Positions 1 through 14,820 are shown, counted from the stretch's first letter. The stretch: DNA of 64,000 nt from Paraspadella gotoi (GCA_051294375.1 CM119264.1:22262709-22326708), one strand, 5' to 3'. Numbers and translations are program-made. The notes: generated by a model not told the origin, from the sequence alone.

Positions 1-1812
1 CGTCCTCGCAATGTCATCGTCATCTCTGTCCTCGGCCAATGTCTTGTCGTCTCGTCTTCGTCCTCGCCAATTGTCGTCGTCGTTGTCTTCTCCTCGAATG
101 TCATCGTTCATCTTCTGTCCGCGGCCAAATGTCGTCGTCTGTCTTCGTCCTCGACCAATTGTCATCGTCGTTGTCTTCGTCCTCGCCGAATGTTCGTCGA
201 CGTCAGTCTTCGTCCTCGCCCAATGTCCGTCGTCGTTCTTCGTTTCCTCGCCATTGTCGTCGTCGTCTTCGTCCTCGCCAATGTTCATCGTTCATTCTTC
301 GTCCGCCGCAAATGTCGTCGTCGTCTTCGTCCTCGCCAATGTCGATCGTCGTTCGTCGTCGGCGTACCTTGTCGGTTTCAACATTTCACTTCGCTTCCGT
401 CAGCGACAAAAACATTCAGTTCAAAAATCGTCGTTAATTGTTTCCTCATTTTTTGTTTTTTTCGTTTCATCTACAACTCCTTCGTTGTCGTCGTCGTCGC
501 GTCTTAGCAAAAACGGCTTCATGTTCGGTTCGCATTTCGCGTCGACATGGCATTCGGTTGCGTGATGCCATTGTCGAATGTCTTCGTGTCGTCGTCGTCG
601 TCGTTCGTCGTCGTCGGTTCGTCGTTCGTTCGTCGTCTGTTCCGTCGAAGCCACCCTCATTTCTGGCCAGAAATTTTCTTCAAACCTCTCACATCTCGGA
701 AGAAAAGTCGTTATTTTCGAAATTCCGATCCGAAGAAAATCTATGAAACCAGAAAGCCGAAGAATCGAAGCTCCATCCGCCGCGCCGCCGGCGTCCGAAA
801 GAAAAATAACCGAACGATGATCCGAAAAAGAGTTAAAGCTAATGAGTCAAAAGGCCAATTTCCTTGAAAACCAACGACGTAAAAACTGACAATAAAACCG
901 AACCGATTCTTCGTTGACGAACGTAGACTAAGTTTTTTTTTTCTTTCAATTTTCTATTCCATTTCTAGAATTTTTAAAAGAAGAAAAAAAAAGGTTTCAT
1001 CGTCTTTTATATATATATATTTCTCTTCGGACGATTTTTAGTAGCTTTACACCGTATTCCCGCCCACTCGCGGTTAAGCGCACGCCGAGCGATCACAGCC
1101 CACCGAGCCGACATTTTTATCCTTTTCCTTTCCTTTTTTTTTTTTTTGCGATTCCAACGGACGAAGAAGCGAATGGATAGCACGGACGTATGGACGAAAT
1201 AAAAATAAGAAAAGGAAATGGGCATTGGGCAGTGCCAAAGATGGAGAATACGCCGTATTTACAAGTATTACACATACAAGAATCAATTTCGCAATAAAGT
1301 TTAAGAAATCCGAGAAAAGACTTACGAACAGAAGTTAAGAAACTGAAAGACAGACGGCACAGACGGAGGAGAAGACTTGGCTTTCGAAATAAGATGACTA
1401 GACGAGCGGCCGTGCGGTTCTAAAAATTAAAAACAAGCGTCAAATCCATTTTTTTCCTCGCTAAAGCATTTTCTAGAGAAATTCACCTTGAATCGAGGCT
1501 CCGTTCGCTAGCGGAAATGGCCACGGTGAAAAAAAAAGTACATTTATTCACTCATCACTCATCATTCACACTGGACACAGGCCGTATCTTTACTATGTGT
1601 ACGAATGTGAAACGCAGAGCGAAGCGTGAAACAGAGAATGCGTAGCGGACGAAAGAGGTAAGTTTCATTCGTCGACCGCAGAGGGCAGGACGAGAAATGA
1701 GATTTTTTTCTCGTAGGAGAGAGAGAGATAATAAACGAGGGAGTTAATTAGCGGGCAATTAAAGTTAAAACAGAATTTTTAAGCTCCGAAGTGTTTCGAG
1801 AGTTACTCTCTT

Positions 1813-1844
<32 letters not shown>

Positions 1845-2460
1845 TCTCTCTTCTCTCTTCTCTCTCTCTCTCTCTCTCTACTCTCTCTCTTTATCTCCAT
1901 CCCCTCCCTCTCAAACTCCTCAATCGGACTACCTTCTTGAATTAGTTTATTTTTTTCCCATCTCTCTCAAACAATACTGCTCCGTCGTTTTTCATCCCAT
2001 ATGGCAAATAGGCATTTGTTCCTTGTCTTCTCTCTGAAGTAAACAAAAAACGTTCTCTAGTTATTTGTATTCTAAAGATTAGGATTCTTTAGTTTCAGGT
2101 TCCTGCCTTATTAAAATTTGTTTTTCATATTTGAATTTTTTTTTTTTCTTTTCAATTTCTTTGCGTTTCTTTCTGTCCGGAGCTTTATTTACTTTTCCTT
2201 ATTCACTCTCTGTTATTGTTACGTTTTCTGGATTCATTCGGCGCAGAGTTTTTTTTCTTTTACTCACTTTCTTTGTCTTACTGGTGATTCTTTCTTCACG
2301 GCATGGACGTGCATTACCAAAAACACACGACGTAGCCTTGGATGTTGCACGCACGAGGCCACGTGATCCCATGAGATGGAGGAAAGTAATTAGGAGAAGA
2401 GAACAAAAAGAAGAGTACGGAAGAGAGAGAGAGAGAAGAGAGAAGAGCAGAGCAGAGAGA

Positions 2461-2510
<50 letters not shown>

Positions 2511-4980
2511 GAAAGAGAGAAGAGCGGACGCACTTTCTTTCCTTTTTCCACATTCTTTCGCCTAAAGAAATTGCCCTCTGCGCGGTTTGAAAAGTTTCAG
2601 AGCTTGTTTGCATTTTTTAGCTATTTTTTACCAATTTACTCGCCGACGGAAAAGAAAAAAATGTAGGTTAGTGTTGTAATAGAAGTTACTGCAACTTTTT
2701 AACCCTCCGGTTATTATTAGCTTTTCAGGACTCGTTACAGAAAATTTATGAATTATTATGCCATTAAAAGATATAGTAAAATTTACAAAAAACAAATAGC
2801 AAAAAAAGTTAGAATCCATACATCATGCACAGTATTAAATATTTTATTTTTGCGTTTTTATACGGTACTCAGCTAAAGGTGTAAATTTCAAATTCATTTT
2901 TTATGAAAAGATCATTACATCTCTGGCAAAAAATGCCAAATATTTTCAAATATGCCACCAAGTTTCAGTAATTTTTGGTCACTTATCCATTAAAACAGCT
3001 TTTTCCGAAATATCAGTGCATCTGCCACTATTGTTTTTTCCCTTGTCACTTTTTTTGCCATTAACGACTTTGGCAAAATTTCCCTTTTTGCCTCCGCCAT
3101 GTTGTGGCCTCAAACGAGGAATTAATGATTCGTGGTCTCGTTTTTCTCATTTTTCCTCCATTTTTCTGCGCCCAAAGTCTTTTACCACTTTTTTTTTCTC
3201 TGTTTTTTCGCTTATTTTCTTTCTTGTTTGATTTTTTTTTGCGAGGCCTAAAACTTTTTTGAGTTTGTCTTTTTGTTCTATATTTACTTTTTTCACTTCT
3301 AATGACTATAAAATTTATTCTCTCTTGTCTATATCTTCTTTCAGTTTCAACTCTTTTCTTCCATTTGAACTAACAGATTAATTAATGTTCCAATTTCTTT
3401 TCTTTTTTCTAAAACAATTTTCTTCTCAAACATTAAATACCATTCTATGTGTCTTAAAAACAAATATATTGTACGTAGTTTATTCGATGAAAATGACAAC
3501 TAGAAAAATAGTGAATCGCTAAAATGAGGGAGACGGTTGGTATAGAGGAAAGTGAAAGCCAGAAAGTTAAAAAAGAGAGGGAAAAGTTGGAAAAAATATG
3601 GAGGAGCAGAAGGAGATGCGGAGGGAAGGATAAACCGCTTTGATTTATTTTCGGCTTCAGGTGAGGACAATGAGAAGAGCACCGTCATTTTAATCCTGAA
3701 AAGGGGAAAGAAAGACTAGAAAGGGAGAAGGATGGAAGAGGAATGAAGAAGGAAGGTTGGATGGAAGAAATGAGCAATCCCATCTGGTTGGAGGTTTGTA
3801 AAAGGCGAAGACATTTATATAAGGCGTTTTTAGTACAAGAAACAAACAAAAACATTACATACATATGTTCTGAGAGAAAAAATAATAATGATTAAAAAGC
3901 TTATTAACAGTAAATAAGCCGTGAAAACGAATTTTTTAAGGAATAAATCTTAGAAATAAACTTTTAGTTGTTAAAGAAATGATAACCCAAACAAAACTAC
4001 GAAGTTCACGAATACTTGGTAGCTGTTTATAGAAGGTATGAAGGTGACCTGGGGAATTACGACGATACTCTCTAGCCGAGTCCACCTCATTGTGCAATTC
4101 TTGAATACAGCACAACACGTATGGATGGAAAGCTAACTATCGCGTCCTAATTCATCATCATCAACGGACAATCACCTCTTCATTTGCCACTCGAGTGATT
4201 TTTTCATTTCATCCAACCTATCACCCTACACAATTCTTTGATGACCTATTAATTTTTATCGGCCAGATTATGTCAAATGATATATTAAACAAGTAACAAT
4301 AATAAGAAAAAAGTAAAAATTAAATGCTGCTCAGGAGAAAAATATAAGCAACCCTTCTTTTTAATTATTACAGGTATAGGTTTGTTGTGCTTTTTTTTTA
4401 ATCGTGTTAAGATTGTCGATTTAATTGTTATTTTTTTTCTTTCTTTTTATTTCCTTTCTTTGCACCTGTTGAACTTGACGTAACCCAATTCTTTACACTT
4501 CTATCAAGTTACCTCATTCGTCCGCTCTGTCAATGGTGGCAGCTACAACGGCCTGCGCCGCTCCTACCCTATGGCCGCGCCGCGCCCCTATACGTGCTCG
4601 ATATCTTAGGAATGATTCGTTCTCTTTTCATTCTCGATGGCGAAAAACCCAAAATCTCTCTGGAAACAGCAATGTGATGATGTGAGTTGAGTGAGTGAGT
4701 TAAGTGAGTGATCGTTGACGTGAGTGAGAGAGCTGAGTGAGTACGTGAGTGAATAAGTAAGTGAGGTGAGGAATGATGTGAGTGAAATTATTTAGAGAGA
4801 AAAGAGAAGAGACAGTAAAGACTCTATATTAATTTTTATCTTTATCTTGTTTCCTTTGCTCCCTTTCCTCATACCTTTTTTGTCCCCAAAACGACTTTTT
4901 TTTGGTCTTTTCACAACTCTCTCTCACATTATCCCTTTCCGAGTGAGTTCCTTTCTCCTCACACTTCTGCTGGAATTCTT

Positions 4981-5048
<68 letters not shown>

Positions 5049-5068
5049 TTTCTCTCTCTCTTCTCTCT

Positions 5069-5130
<62 letters not shown>

Positions 5131-6190
5131 CTCGGCCAGGATCGTTCGTCTGCTTCTGGCTGACCCTCTATTACTTCCTTGTTCGCGGTTCAGACTTCAT
5201 GAGCATCACGTCTCATTCCCCATTTTCTCCTTCTTCTTTTTCCTCTTCTTCCTCCTTCTCCATTTTTTTGTCTCTTTCTTCCACGCTTCAGCCTTCACTT
5301 TTCTTCTCTTTCATAATTCATAAATAATTGTTTTCCTTTTCCTCTTCTTACTTTCCCCCGTTTTATTCTGTTCCTTTTGCCCGTGACTGCTTGCATTTTT
5401 GGTAACATATCATTGTAATAATAATTAATTTAGAGAGCTTACCTGGCATTTTACGTTAACTTTGTAGATTGTGAAATTAGATCACATTGACGTGAGATAC
5501 GCCATTCAACGTAGATCGAGATTGAAGAATAGTTATTGATTATTGCTTGACCTGCCTTTGGCAAGAAAAATCTGGGGGTTCAAACCAACAAAATTCGTTT
5601 TCTTTCTTTCCATTTGACTTTATTCATACCTCGTTTCCTATTTTAACTTACTATAAAAAACATTAGCCTTTTTATCCTTTCCATTTTCCATCGTCCTTAC
5701 CATTGCCATTCATTCCTCTACCTTTTCTTATCCTCCCAGTTCACCTCTCCATTTTCCTTCTCACATATCCCATTCTCTCTCTCTCTCTCATCTCTCTCTC
5801 ATCCTCTCTCTTCTCTCTCTCTCTCTCTCTCCTCTCTCTGTTCATCTCCCCTTTCCCGCTCCTCCGCCCATCTTTCTATCCCCTTACCCAACGTCGTACT
5901 GTTAAAGGCACGAACCGCGCCTTCCAGCTGCCGCTAACGCCGGACCCCGTTTTGAACAGGTTAAGTGACTTCGTGCGATTTGGTTGCCGCCTGGAGGTAA
6001 TGATTATTTGTGGCCAAAATAGGAGAGCAATATACAGGCCGACCATATGACCGACAAATCGTCGGACATATGCCCGACAACCGAAAAGACCGCCTCGGTT
6101 GCAATATCGAGAACGAGTCATTTTCAAAGGTTATACCGACCTCTTGTCAGACACCGAACCATGAACGAATAAAGAAAAATTAAAGAAACA
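1..6190 (+). repeat. About 6-kb direct duplicate of about 17077-23020
   Basis: Colinear throughout; differences dominated by single-base indels. Confidence 0.92.
3905..6069 (-). other. Second, error-rich copy of the same four-exon gene candidate (probably redundant assembly)
   Basis: Colinear with 20780-22900; differences are mainly 1-bp insertions. Confidence 0.45.
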
Positions 6191-6269
6191 AATATAATGG
6201 AAAATTATATAACTATCTAAATATAGTAAATACACACATATATTATTTTATTAATCTCTCTTCAATATT

Positions 6270-7911
6270 TTATATTACTTCCTGCCCTAGTTTTCTAAAT
6301 AGATATCACTCATTATTTATGTAAGAAAATCATTAATGAAACCTAATAATATCTAAAAGGCCGAACAGAAAGGTGTGGAAAGGGTAATTTTTTGGGGGAC
6401 CAAGGTTATGTTTGATTTTTTTTTTTTTAATTTTCTTAAGGATAAGACTACGAAGTAGTATATTTTTGGTGGTTTTCTAAAACTTTTACCAACAACGATT
6501 TCTAAGAGAGAAAAGAAAAAGGAAGTGGGACGGATAGACTGAGACGGAGCCCAAAGTTATTTTCACATTTTTTCTCTCCCTAAATCTAAGTCCGTGGGTG
6601 TAAAGGGCCTCGGACTTTCTCGTAAAAAAATGTTATGAAAGAGAATAAAAAAGAAGAGACGGGACGGGACAGAAAAAAAGATGGATGAATGTATCTCTGA
6701 TGGTGAAGATTGTGGGCATCCGNNNNNNNNNNNNNNNNNNNNNNNNNNNNNNNNNNNNNNNNNNNNNNNNNNNNNNNNNNNNNNNNNNNNNNNNNNNNNN
6801 NNNNNNNNNNNNNNNNNNNNNNNNNNNNNNNNNNNNNNNNNNNNNNNNNNNNNNNNNNNNNNNNNNNNNNNNNNNNNNNNNNNNNNNNNNNNNNNNNNNN
6901 NNNNNNNNNNNNNNNNNNNNNNNNNNNNNNNNNNNNNNNNNNNNNNNNNNNNNNNNNNNNNNNNNNNNNNNNNNNNNNNNNNNNNNNNNNNNNNNNNNNN
7001 NNNNNNNNNNNNNNNNNNNNNNNNNNNNNNNNNNNNNNNNNNNNNNNNNNNNNNNNNNNNNNNNNNNNNNNNNNNNNNNNNNNNNNNNNNNNNNNNNNNN
7101 NNNNNNNNNNGCGCGAAAGGTCACTAGTAAGAAATGGGGAAAGTGACGGAATGAATTTTAGTTTCACTTTATGGAGTTTGGGCGGAAACTTCCCCGCTCC
7201 AGCCCCCGGTCGCCCACGCTGTTTACGCCGCCCACGAAACTTCAATGACGACAGCGTGCAGAATCCTGAAAATCTTTTCCAGTTTTCTTTTAAGCTCCGT
7301 CGATTCTGATAAAGTGGAAAACTTGATTTTTTTCTCTTCAATTATTTCTTTATATCATTTCTTTTTTATTCGTTTTTTCTCTTACAATAAATTTCGTTTT
7401 CCACCTCTCCTCCATTTTTTTCTCTTCCTTTCCTCCCTTTCTTCTTTATCTCATTCTTGATACAATTTCTTTTCCTTTCTTTTCTTTTATTTCTTTTTAT
7501 CCGAAATTCATCCTTTTATTTAAAAATCAGACGAATTCAAGGCTTGCTCTTTTGTTCCGCGTCGTAATTCACATCACGACCGACAGACTTCGACGTCGTT
7601 GAAGGCCGCGAAAAAATAGCGCGGCAAGCCCCGGTCTGCGAGCCGAAATTAACGGCGAATTGAGCGCCGAATTATTCGTCGATCTTCGGCGACCCCTTAT
7701 TACGTATGAAGAAATTTAAAAAAAACCCATAAATTTTGTTTTACTCTCGAAAGGGACTTAGTTACAGGTGTTATATTTTAATTTTTTTTTGTTTCTGTTT
7801 TTCCTTTATCCTGATATTGTTTCCTTTTTTTTTTTCTTTTTTTTTCTTTCTCTCAATATTTCTTCCTCGTGCCCTTAAGGGGACCAAGTGAACAGGGGGG
7901 GTAAAAAGCTG
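6270..7911 (+). repeat. Direct duplicate of 11449-13286 (contains a 388-N gap, ends at a 25-N gap)
   Basis: Near-identical colinear sequence. Confidence 0.92.
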
Positions 7912-7994
7912 NNNNNNNNNNNNNNNNNNNNNNNNNAGAGAGAGATGGAGGGAAGGCGTGAGTGAATTGGAAGGACCTATTTGAGGACGGTGAA

Positions 7995-8019
7995 TGATGA
8001 TGATGATGATGATGATGAT

Positions 8020-8082
<63 letters not shown>
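7995..8082. repeat. (GAT)n microsatellite; many other (CT/GA)n, (GTC/GAC)n, (TAT)n and (GTGA)n tracts occur throughout the window
   Basis: Direct reading. Confidence 0.9.
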
Positions 8083-8084
<2 letters not shown>

Positions 8085-8499
8085 GCGACAACTTTGATCA
8101 AATGTTTATGACTATAGGGATGAACTGAGAAAACTGACGGCAAAAGCAACCGATGATAAAACATAACTTTTTTCTAAGCGTAAACAAGTTCGAATCGTTT
8201 ATCCACGACGACGACGACGACGACGACACGACGACGACGTCGTGGACCTCAAAACCAAGTCGATGAAAGAAACTGTGGAACGATTAATGGGACATCCCAC
8301 TTCGACGAGCAGAAGACGACAACCACGATGACGAAGATGATGACGACGACGACCAAGGCTCGGGAGACGAAGAAGATTATAAAAAAAGACCGGACTTAAG
8401 AACAAGTTCGAACTGAAGATGTGTTTCCTTTTATTCTGTTATGTTTTCCTTTTCTTGGGCGAGAAAATTTGGTGTAAGATTTATTCCCCATCTTTTTTT

Positions 8500-10480
8500 T
8501 TCGCGCGCGCGAAAACTACATTCGCGGGAAAAAGCCATTTTGTTGAGATGGCATCCTTTGAGTATCGGCGGAACATATCATCTACGGCGTTGCTGAGAAA
8601 TCTCGGCGCAGCTGGCATGTTTGAAGCTGCTTGAGTCGGCTCGGAAATGAACCCGAGAAGGTCTTTCGCGCTCTACTTGCGATTGACGTCGTGACTTCCG
8701 GTTTTTTCTCTTACTACGTCCCTGAGGCGCCGCCGAAGGCAACGGCGTCGGCCGCCAGAAACGCCGATCGGAACCGGCCCCGCCCACGCAGGCGCTAAAG
8801 AGAACTGACAACCGACGCAAACGTTACGCCCGATTAGTATAACATAAGTCCAAAGTCAGGGGCAGATAGCTTATTTATTAAATGAATGAATAATTTTTAT
8901 ATTGGTAGTACCAATTTTATATTATGTATATTTATACATTTATATGAAATTGGTACAACAATATAAAAATTATCCATTCATTAATAATAAGCTATCTTGC
9001 CCCTGACTTTGGACAGGCTTTGGTGGTTTAAGGCCTCCATCACTTCTACAAGATAATGACATAGCAGGTCCCTGCAAGCTTTCAATCAAGACTCTCTCAC
9101 AATCTCGTTTATTCACTCTTTAAAATAAAAAAATTGTAGAAGATCTAATATAGTAAACAAGTAATCTTGCAATTATTCATAGAATACTGTATTAAGCAAT
9201 TCTAAACTCTTCATCCTATAACATTACTAGTACAAATACTACGGCAAAAAATCAGTAATAAAAAGTGGTATAAAACTAATCCTATGACACCAATTTGAGC
9301 CACTCTTCGCCGCTCACACCGCCCTTAACACTCCTATCCACTCTTATCCCGCTTTCACTCTCGTTCGCTTCGCCGATTAAACATCGACCCAATTCTGCGT
9401 TCCCTCTTCACTCTCCCCCCCATCGCTTCCCCCTCCAACGGTCACGGTCAGAGTAAACATATTACGTGTATGAAAGGGGCATCACTGCAACAGGCAGCGG
9501 ATCGTGTGATGTGAATCTTTGCGGCGTCATGGTTACCCGTTACGTAATGCATTATTTGTTTTATCAATTTTAAATTATATCAACTAAATAGATTCCAAAC
9601 TCAACCGTCGCTATAGATTAACAACTGATAAATATATCGCAAATTGACTTTCATATAAAAATTGAACAAAGTACACCCGTTTATCCCGCGCACTTTGCGC
9701 AATGCGCATGCGCCCAAGATTAATACGCGCGCCATCGCGCACATTCGCTTACATTAAAACGAAATTTCCGCCTTTTGTTTCTTCTCGATTCGACGGAGAA
9801 GAAACGTGGGGGATTTGAATCGAAGGCGGGGAAATCACGACTTCGCGGCCTCTGGTGGCGGCGTTTGAAGAAACTGAGACCGAAAGAATGGGGCCGAAAT
9901 CAAGTTGAGTACTGACTCTTTTTTATTTTTGGTTCTTGGGGAAACGAATAAATTGGAATTGCAGAACCGTTCCAGAGCGGGGTCAACGATTTTATTTTAT
10001 TGCCAAAAACGGAAAGTTATTTGCGGGGAGGAAAATGTATTGCGCAATCATAGATATTTTTTTCATATTGCTCTTATAGACATGAAAAAAAAACTGAAAA
10101 AATAATTTAATAATTACATATTCAATATATTACATAATTTACATGAATAACCCAGAAACTCGCCCTGGTTCGTCCCAACTCCTCAGAGTTCGTCCAGTGT
10201 TTTTTTTTCTCCCATTTTCTGACAAACGTCTCAAAACTCGGGTTGAGACGCCGGCGGGGTTTATCGCCACCAATCTTCTCCCATCTCGCCTCCGCCGATT
10301 TACATCCGGCAGCCGACGTCACCGCCGCCAACGACGCCCCGTCCCCCATCGACCGACCCGCCGCAGATTCTTCGCCCGTTGCCGACTCCGCCGCCCGCCG
10401 CAGCCGCGCCGCCCGGCGCCACTTCCGCCGCCGATTCTTCTCCCGCCGGTCGCAATAAATCTCCCGCCTTTCCTTTCGAG
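8500..10480. promoter_or_regulatory. CpG-rich, promoter-like region
   Basis: Clustered motif matches: YY1-like GCCATTTTG (8535), CRE TGACGTC (8683), ETS ACTTCCGG (8694), GC box (near 8778), NRF1 TGCGCATGCGC (9703). No transcript evidence. Confidence 0.3.
8848..9014. repeat. About 167-bp hairpin made from a dispersed repeat
   Basis: GTCCAAAGTCAGGGGCAGATAGCTTATT...AATAAGCTATCTTGCCCCTGACTTTGGAC; the right arm plus following sequence recurs at 24811-24920, with fragments near 33790 and 33960. Confidence 0.75.
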
Positions 10481-11235
10481 ATCGAGTATGCGATAGAGGG
10501 ATCGGGGAAAGAAGGAAAAGATGAGGGGATCGAAACTGAGGAGAGGGAAGGGGATTAAGGAAGAGAAAAAAGAATTCAGAGAATATGGAATATGGAGAGG
10601 ATGGATAAGGATGGAGGGAATGCTGAGGAAAAGAAATTGGCAAGAAAGAAAAGATACTAGGAAAAAAAGTTGGCGTTAGAGGGATAAAGTAAAAAGGGAT
10701 TTGGAATTTGAAATTTGGGTGAAGAAATATGAGGAGATGAAAAAGGAGTCGAGGAAAGAAAAAGGATTGAGGTTGAGAAGGAAATATGGAATCGAGAGGG
10801 GGAAGGGTGAAAGAATAGATTTTAGACAACAGAAGGGAAATAGGATTCGAGTGAGAAAATAACAAAAATTGATGCGAAGCGAGAGGAATGAGAAAATAAC
10901 TGCTGAAGCCAAAGCTTCAAGAAGATCGGGCGATGGTCAATGGTCTTGGTTCAAGTGCAGTTTGAGAGACCTCGGTGATTGTCGGTATCCAATTGAGTGT
11001 CGCTGCGTCTCGTGATGAATGTCCCACTCCCTGACGATTTATTTCTTCCCATCATCAGTCTGTTTTTGAACGTTTAGGTTAAACAATAGAAATGGTGAAA
11101 TGGTGTTATGAAAATTGCAAAATTACTTGTTTCACTATTTTAAGTCTTAGATTTTATAATATTCATTAAAATTGTATATTACAAATTCTATATTTTTTTA
11201 TTATTATTATTATTGTATTATTATTATTATTATTA

Positions 11236-11281
<46 letters not shown>

Positions 11282-11899
11282 TATACATTAATCCTTTCCT
11301 CTGTTTCCGGGTTTCATTCATCTGTGATGATATTATTACTATTTTTTATTAATTTTGGTTTTGATGAATCTAAATCTGAAAACATTGTATTATTAATGGT
11401 TTGTGAGTGTTGTCTTCGGAAATAAAGGTGCATCTATACAACACAAGGTTATATTACTTTCTGCCCTAGTTTTCTAAATAGATATCACTCATTATTTATG
11501 TAAGAAAATCATTAATGAAACCTAATAATATCTAAAAGGCCGAACAGAAAAGGTGTGGAAGGGTAATTTTTGGGGGACCCAAGGTTATGTTGATTTTTTT
11601 TTTTAATTTTCTTAAGGATAGACTACGAAGTAGTATATTTTTGGTGGTTTTCTAAAACTTTTACGCACAACGATTTCTAAGAGAGAAAAGAAAAGGAAGT
11701 GGGACGGATAGACTGAGACGGCGCCCAAAGTTATTTCACATTTTTCTCTCCCTAAAATCTAAGTCCGTGGGTGTAAGAGGGCCTCGGACTTTCTCGTAAA
11801 AAAATGTTATGAAAGAGAAATAAAAAAGAAGAGACGGGACGGGACAGGAAAAAAAGATGGATGAATGTATCTCTGATGTGGAAGATTGTGGGCATCCGT

Positions 11900-11980
<81 letters not shown>

Positions 11981-12109
11981 TCCTCTTTTTCGCGCACTTT
12001 TCCTTATCCTTCCGCTATGATACCACATAGTAACCGCAAAGGAATTACACTACCGTACCGGTCGTAAGGAATCGACTACTCTTTTTTCTACCAATTTCAA
12101 ACTTGCTTG

Positions 12110-12184
<75 letters not shown>

Positions 12185-12307
12185 TCTTTCCTCCTCTTTT
12201 CGCGCACTTTCCTTATCCTCCCTATGATACCTACATAGTAACCGCAAAGGAATACACTACGTAAGGAGTCGACTACTCTCTTTTCTACTAATTTCAAACC
12301 TTGCTTG

Positions 12308-12408
<101 letters not shown>

Positions 12409-13254
12409 TCTCTCTCCTAAATCCTTTCAAAACTGTAACTGCGATCCCATTCCGTTCTCGACATCGTCTTCTCCCCCACTTTCTTCGCGCGAAAGGTCAC
12501 TAGTAAGAAATGGGGAAAGTGGACGGAATGATTTTAGTTTCACTTTATGGAGTTTGGGCGAAACTTCCCCGCTCCAGCCCCGGTCGCCCACGCTGTTTAC
12601 GCCGCCCACGAAACTTCAATGACGACAGCGTGCAGAATCCTGAAAATCTTTTCCAGTTTTCTTTTAAGCTCCGTCGATTCTGATAAAGTGGAAAAACTTG
12701 ATTTTTTTCTCTCAATTATTTCTTTATATCATTTCTTTTTTATTCGTTTTTTCTCTTACATATAAATTTCGTTTTCCACCTCTCTCGCATTTTTTTTCTC
12801 TTCCTTTCCTCCCTTCTTCTTTATCTCATTCTTGATACAATTTCTTTTCTTTCTTTTCTTTTATTTCTTTTTATCCCGAATTCATCCTTTTATTTAAAAT
12901 CAGACGAATTCAAGGCTTGCTCTTTTTGTTCCGCGTCGTAATTCACATCACGACGCGACAGACTTCGACGTCGTTGAAGGCCGCGAAAAAATAGCGCGGC
13001 AAGCCCCGGTCTGCGAGCCGAAATTAACGGCGATATTGAGCGCCGAATTATTCGTCGATCTTCGGCGACCCCTTATACGTATGGAAGAAATTTAAAAAAA
13101 ACCCATAAATTTTGTTTTACTCTCGAAAGGGACTTAGTTTAAGGTGTTATATTTTAATTTTTTTGTTTTCTTGTTTTTCCTTTATCCTGATATTGTTTCC
13201 TTTTTTTTTTCTTTTTTTTTCTTTCCTCTCAATATTTCTTCCTCGTGCCCTTAA

Positions 13255-14130
13255 GGGGACCAAGTGAACAGGGGGGTAAAAAGCTGAAAACATAACGTTT
13301 GACGCCTTTAACTTAAGCTGGTTCTGACCATATAATTTTTTTCTTTTATAATCATATGGGAAAGTAGTTAAAAAATTCGATAAAATCAGCGAGCTTAATT
13401 TTCTTAAAAATCGGTAAGAAGAAAATCTTTTTCAAGTTTAAAAAATGTTTTTTTCAAAAGAGGGTAAGATCTAATTTTAAAAAGATTTCAGCTTTTATCA
13501 CAAAATTTATAAGAAAAAAAAATAGGAATGAATCAAAATTTAAGGTATCGACTGATTTTATTTAAACTTTCTTTCAAATGATTCTGTTAATTGGATGAAA
13601 ATAAAACTCTTTGAAGTAATATAAATATAAAAAGAAGAAAAAGATTCTGTACTTTTGCTAAATTTTTAGTTATTATAATTAGGAATCAATATAGCTTTAA
13701 TATACATTTAAGGGATGAATATGAATATTAATAATAATTATTACAATTTTGTTTCTGTAAGAATAGAATTTAGGTTTGATTTGTCTGCTTTTAAGTAAAT
13801 ATGAAAATATAAAAATATTAGTCTTGTAAAGCCTTTGTTCAATGAGGCTTAAACCAAAAATTGTAGGCTTTGTACAGTAAAAAATAAAAATTTGGAATTT
13901 AGTAAAAAAATACTTTCTAATGCAAAAATAAAATAATGGATTATATAAATATTTAGGTAGGGTCAACTAAATGTTTTTTTCATAATTATTAAATTTTTGT
14001 TTCCGCTACAATAAGAGATAGGAATTTTTTTGCTACTTTCCCGTGCAAAGAAAAATTAATGACTATCACCATTCAATTCCTTTGATGATAGACCCTTAAG
14101 CTTATGATATCATTTTTATCACTGGGTCCC
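13255..14130. mobile_element. Non-autonomous TTAA-flanked DNA transposon (Kolobok-like)
   Basis: ttaa|GGGGACCAAGTGA ... TCACTGGGTCCC|ttaa; a diverged inverted relative lies at 48696-51831. Confidence 0.75.
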
Positions 14131-14182
14131 TTAAGAGAAGGAAATGAATTTTTTTCCCTATCTTTGCTCTTTCCGTCTGCCG

Positions 14183-14250
<68 letters not shown>

Positions 14251-14820
14251 GCCCTTCCTCCCACCACCTCCCCCCTTTCCTTCCCCCTTAATCTCCAAGG
14301 AGGGAAAGGAGCTTCCCTCTCACGTCAAAGGATTTTCGAGCGAATTAAGATTTCGTTTGATCGAGGGCGAAGTAATTGACTGAGTGATGAACGAGCCTGG
14401 ATTTCCAGCCAGATTAATGTTTTCGTTTAAGTAGGACCCAGAGCCGACGGCGCGGTGCTGAGTCGATGGTTAACGATCAACAGTCAATAATTTTCAGTTG
14501 TCATTTACCCCTATCACATTTGAAGCTTGTTTTAAAGGAAGAGAAAATGACTGAAAGATATTATGTTTGGCTGAAGCGCACGGTCGAGATGGAAGGTGAA
14601 CCGAGCGAAAAAAAAGAGCAAAGTTTGATACATACAAGAAAGAGATCATGGCGGGCGATGGGCAGATTTGCATGAGGATAAATCATGTCATCCACCGTTA
14701 TGACTTATGAAGGCGTTCATCCTTTTGTGAGCATGTGTTAATTTTTTCTCAATATTGTCAGGCGGCTTCTTTCGGTTGTCGATAAATATTGGAGGCAAAG
14801 ATCGTCATCGTCGTCGTCGA

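Noticed and set aside
11012-11062. C/D box snoRNA (GTGATGA...CTGA)
   Set aside because: Box spacing is too short and there is no convincing terminal stem or terminal D box.
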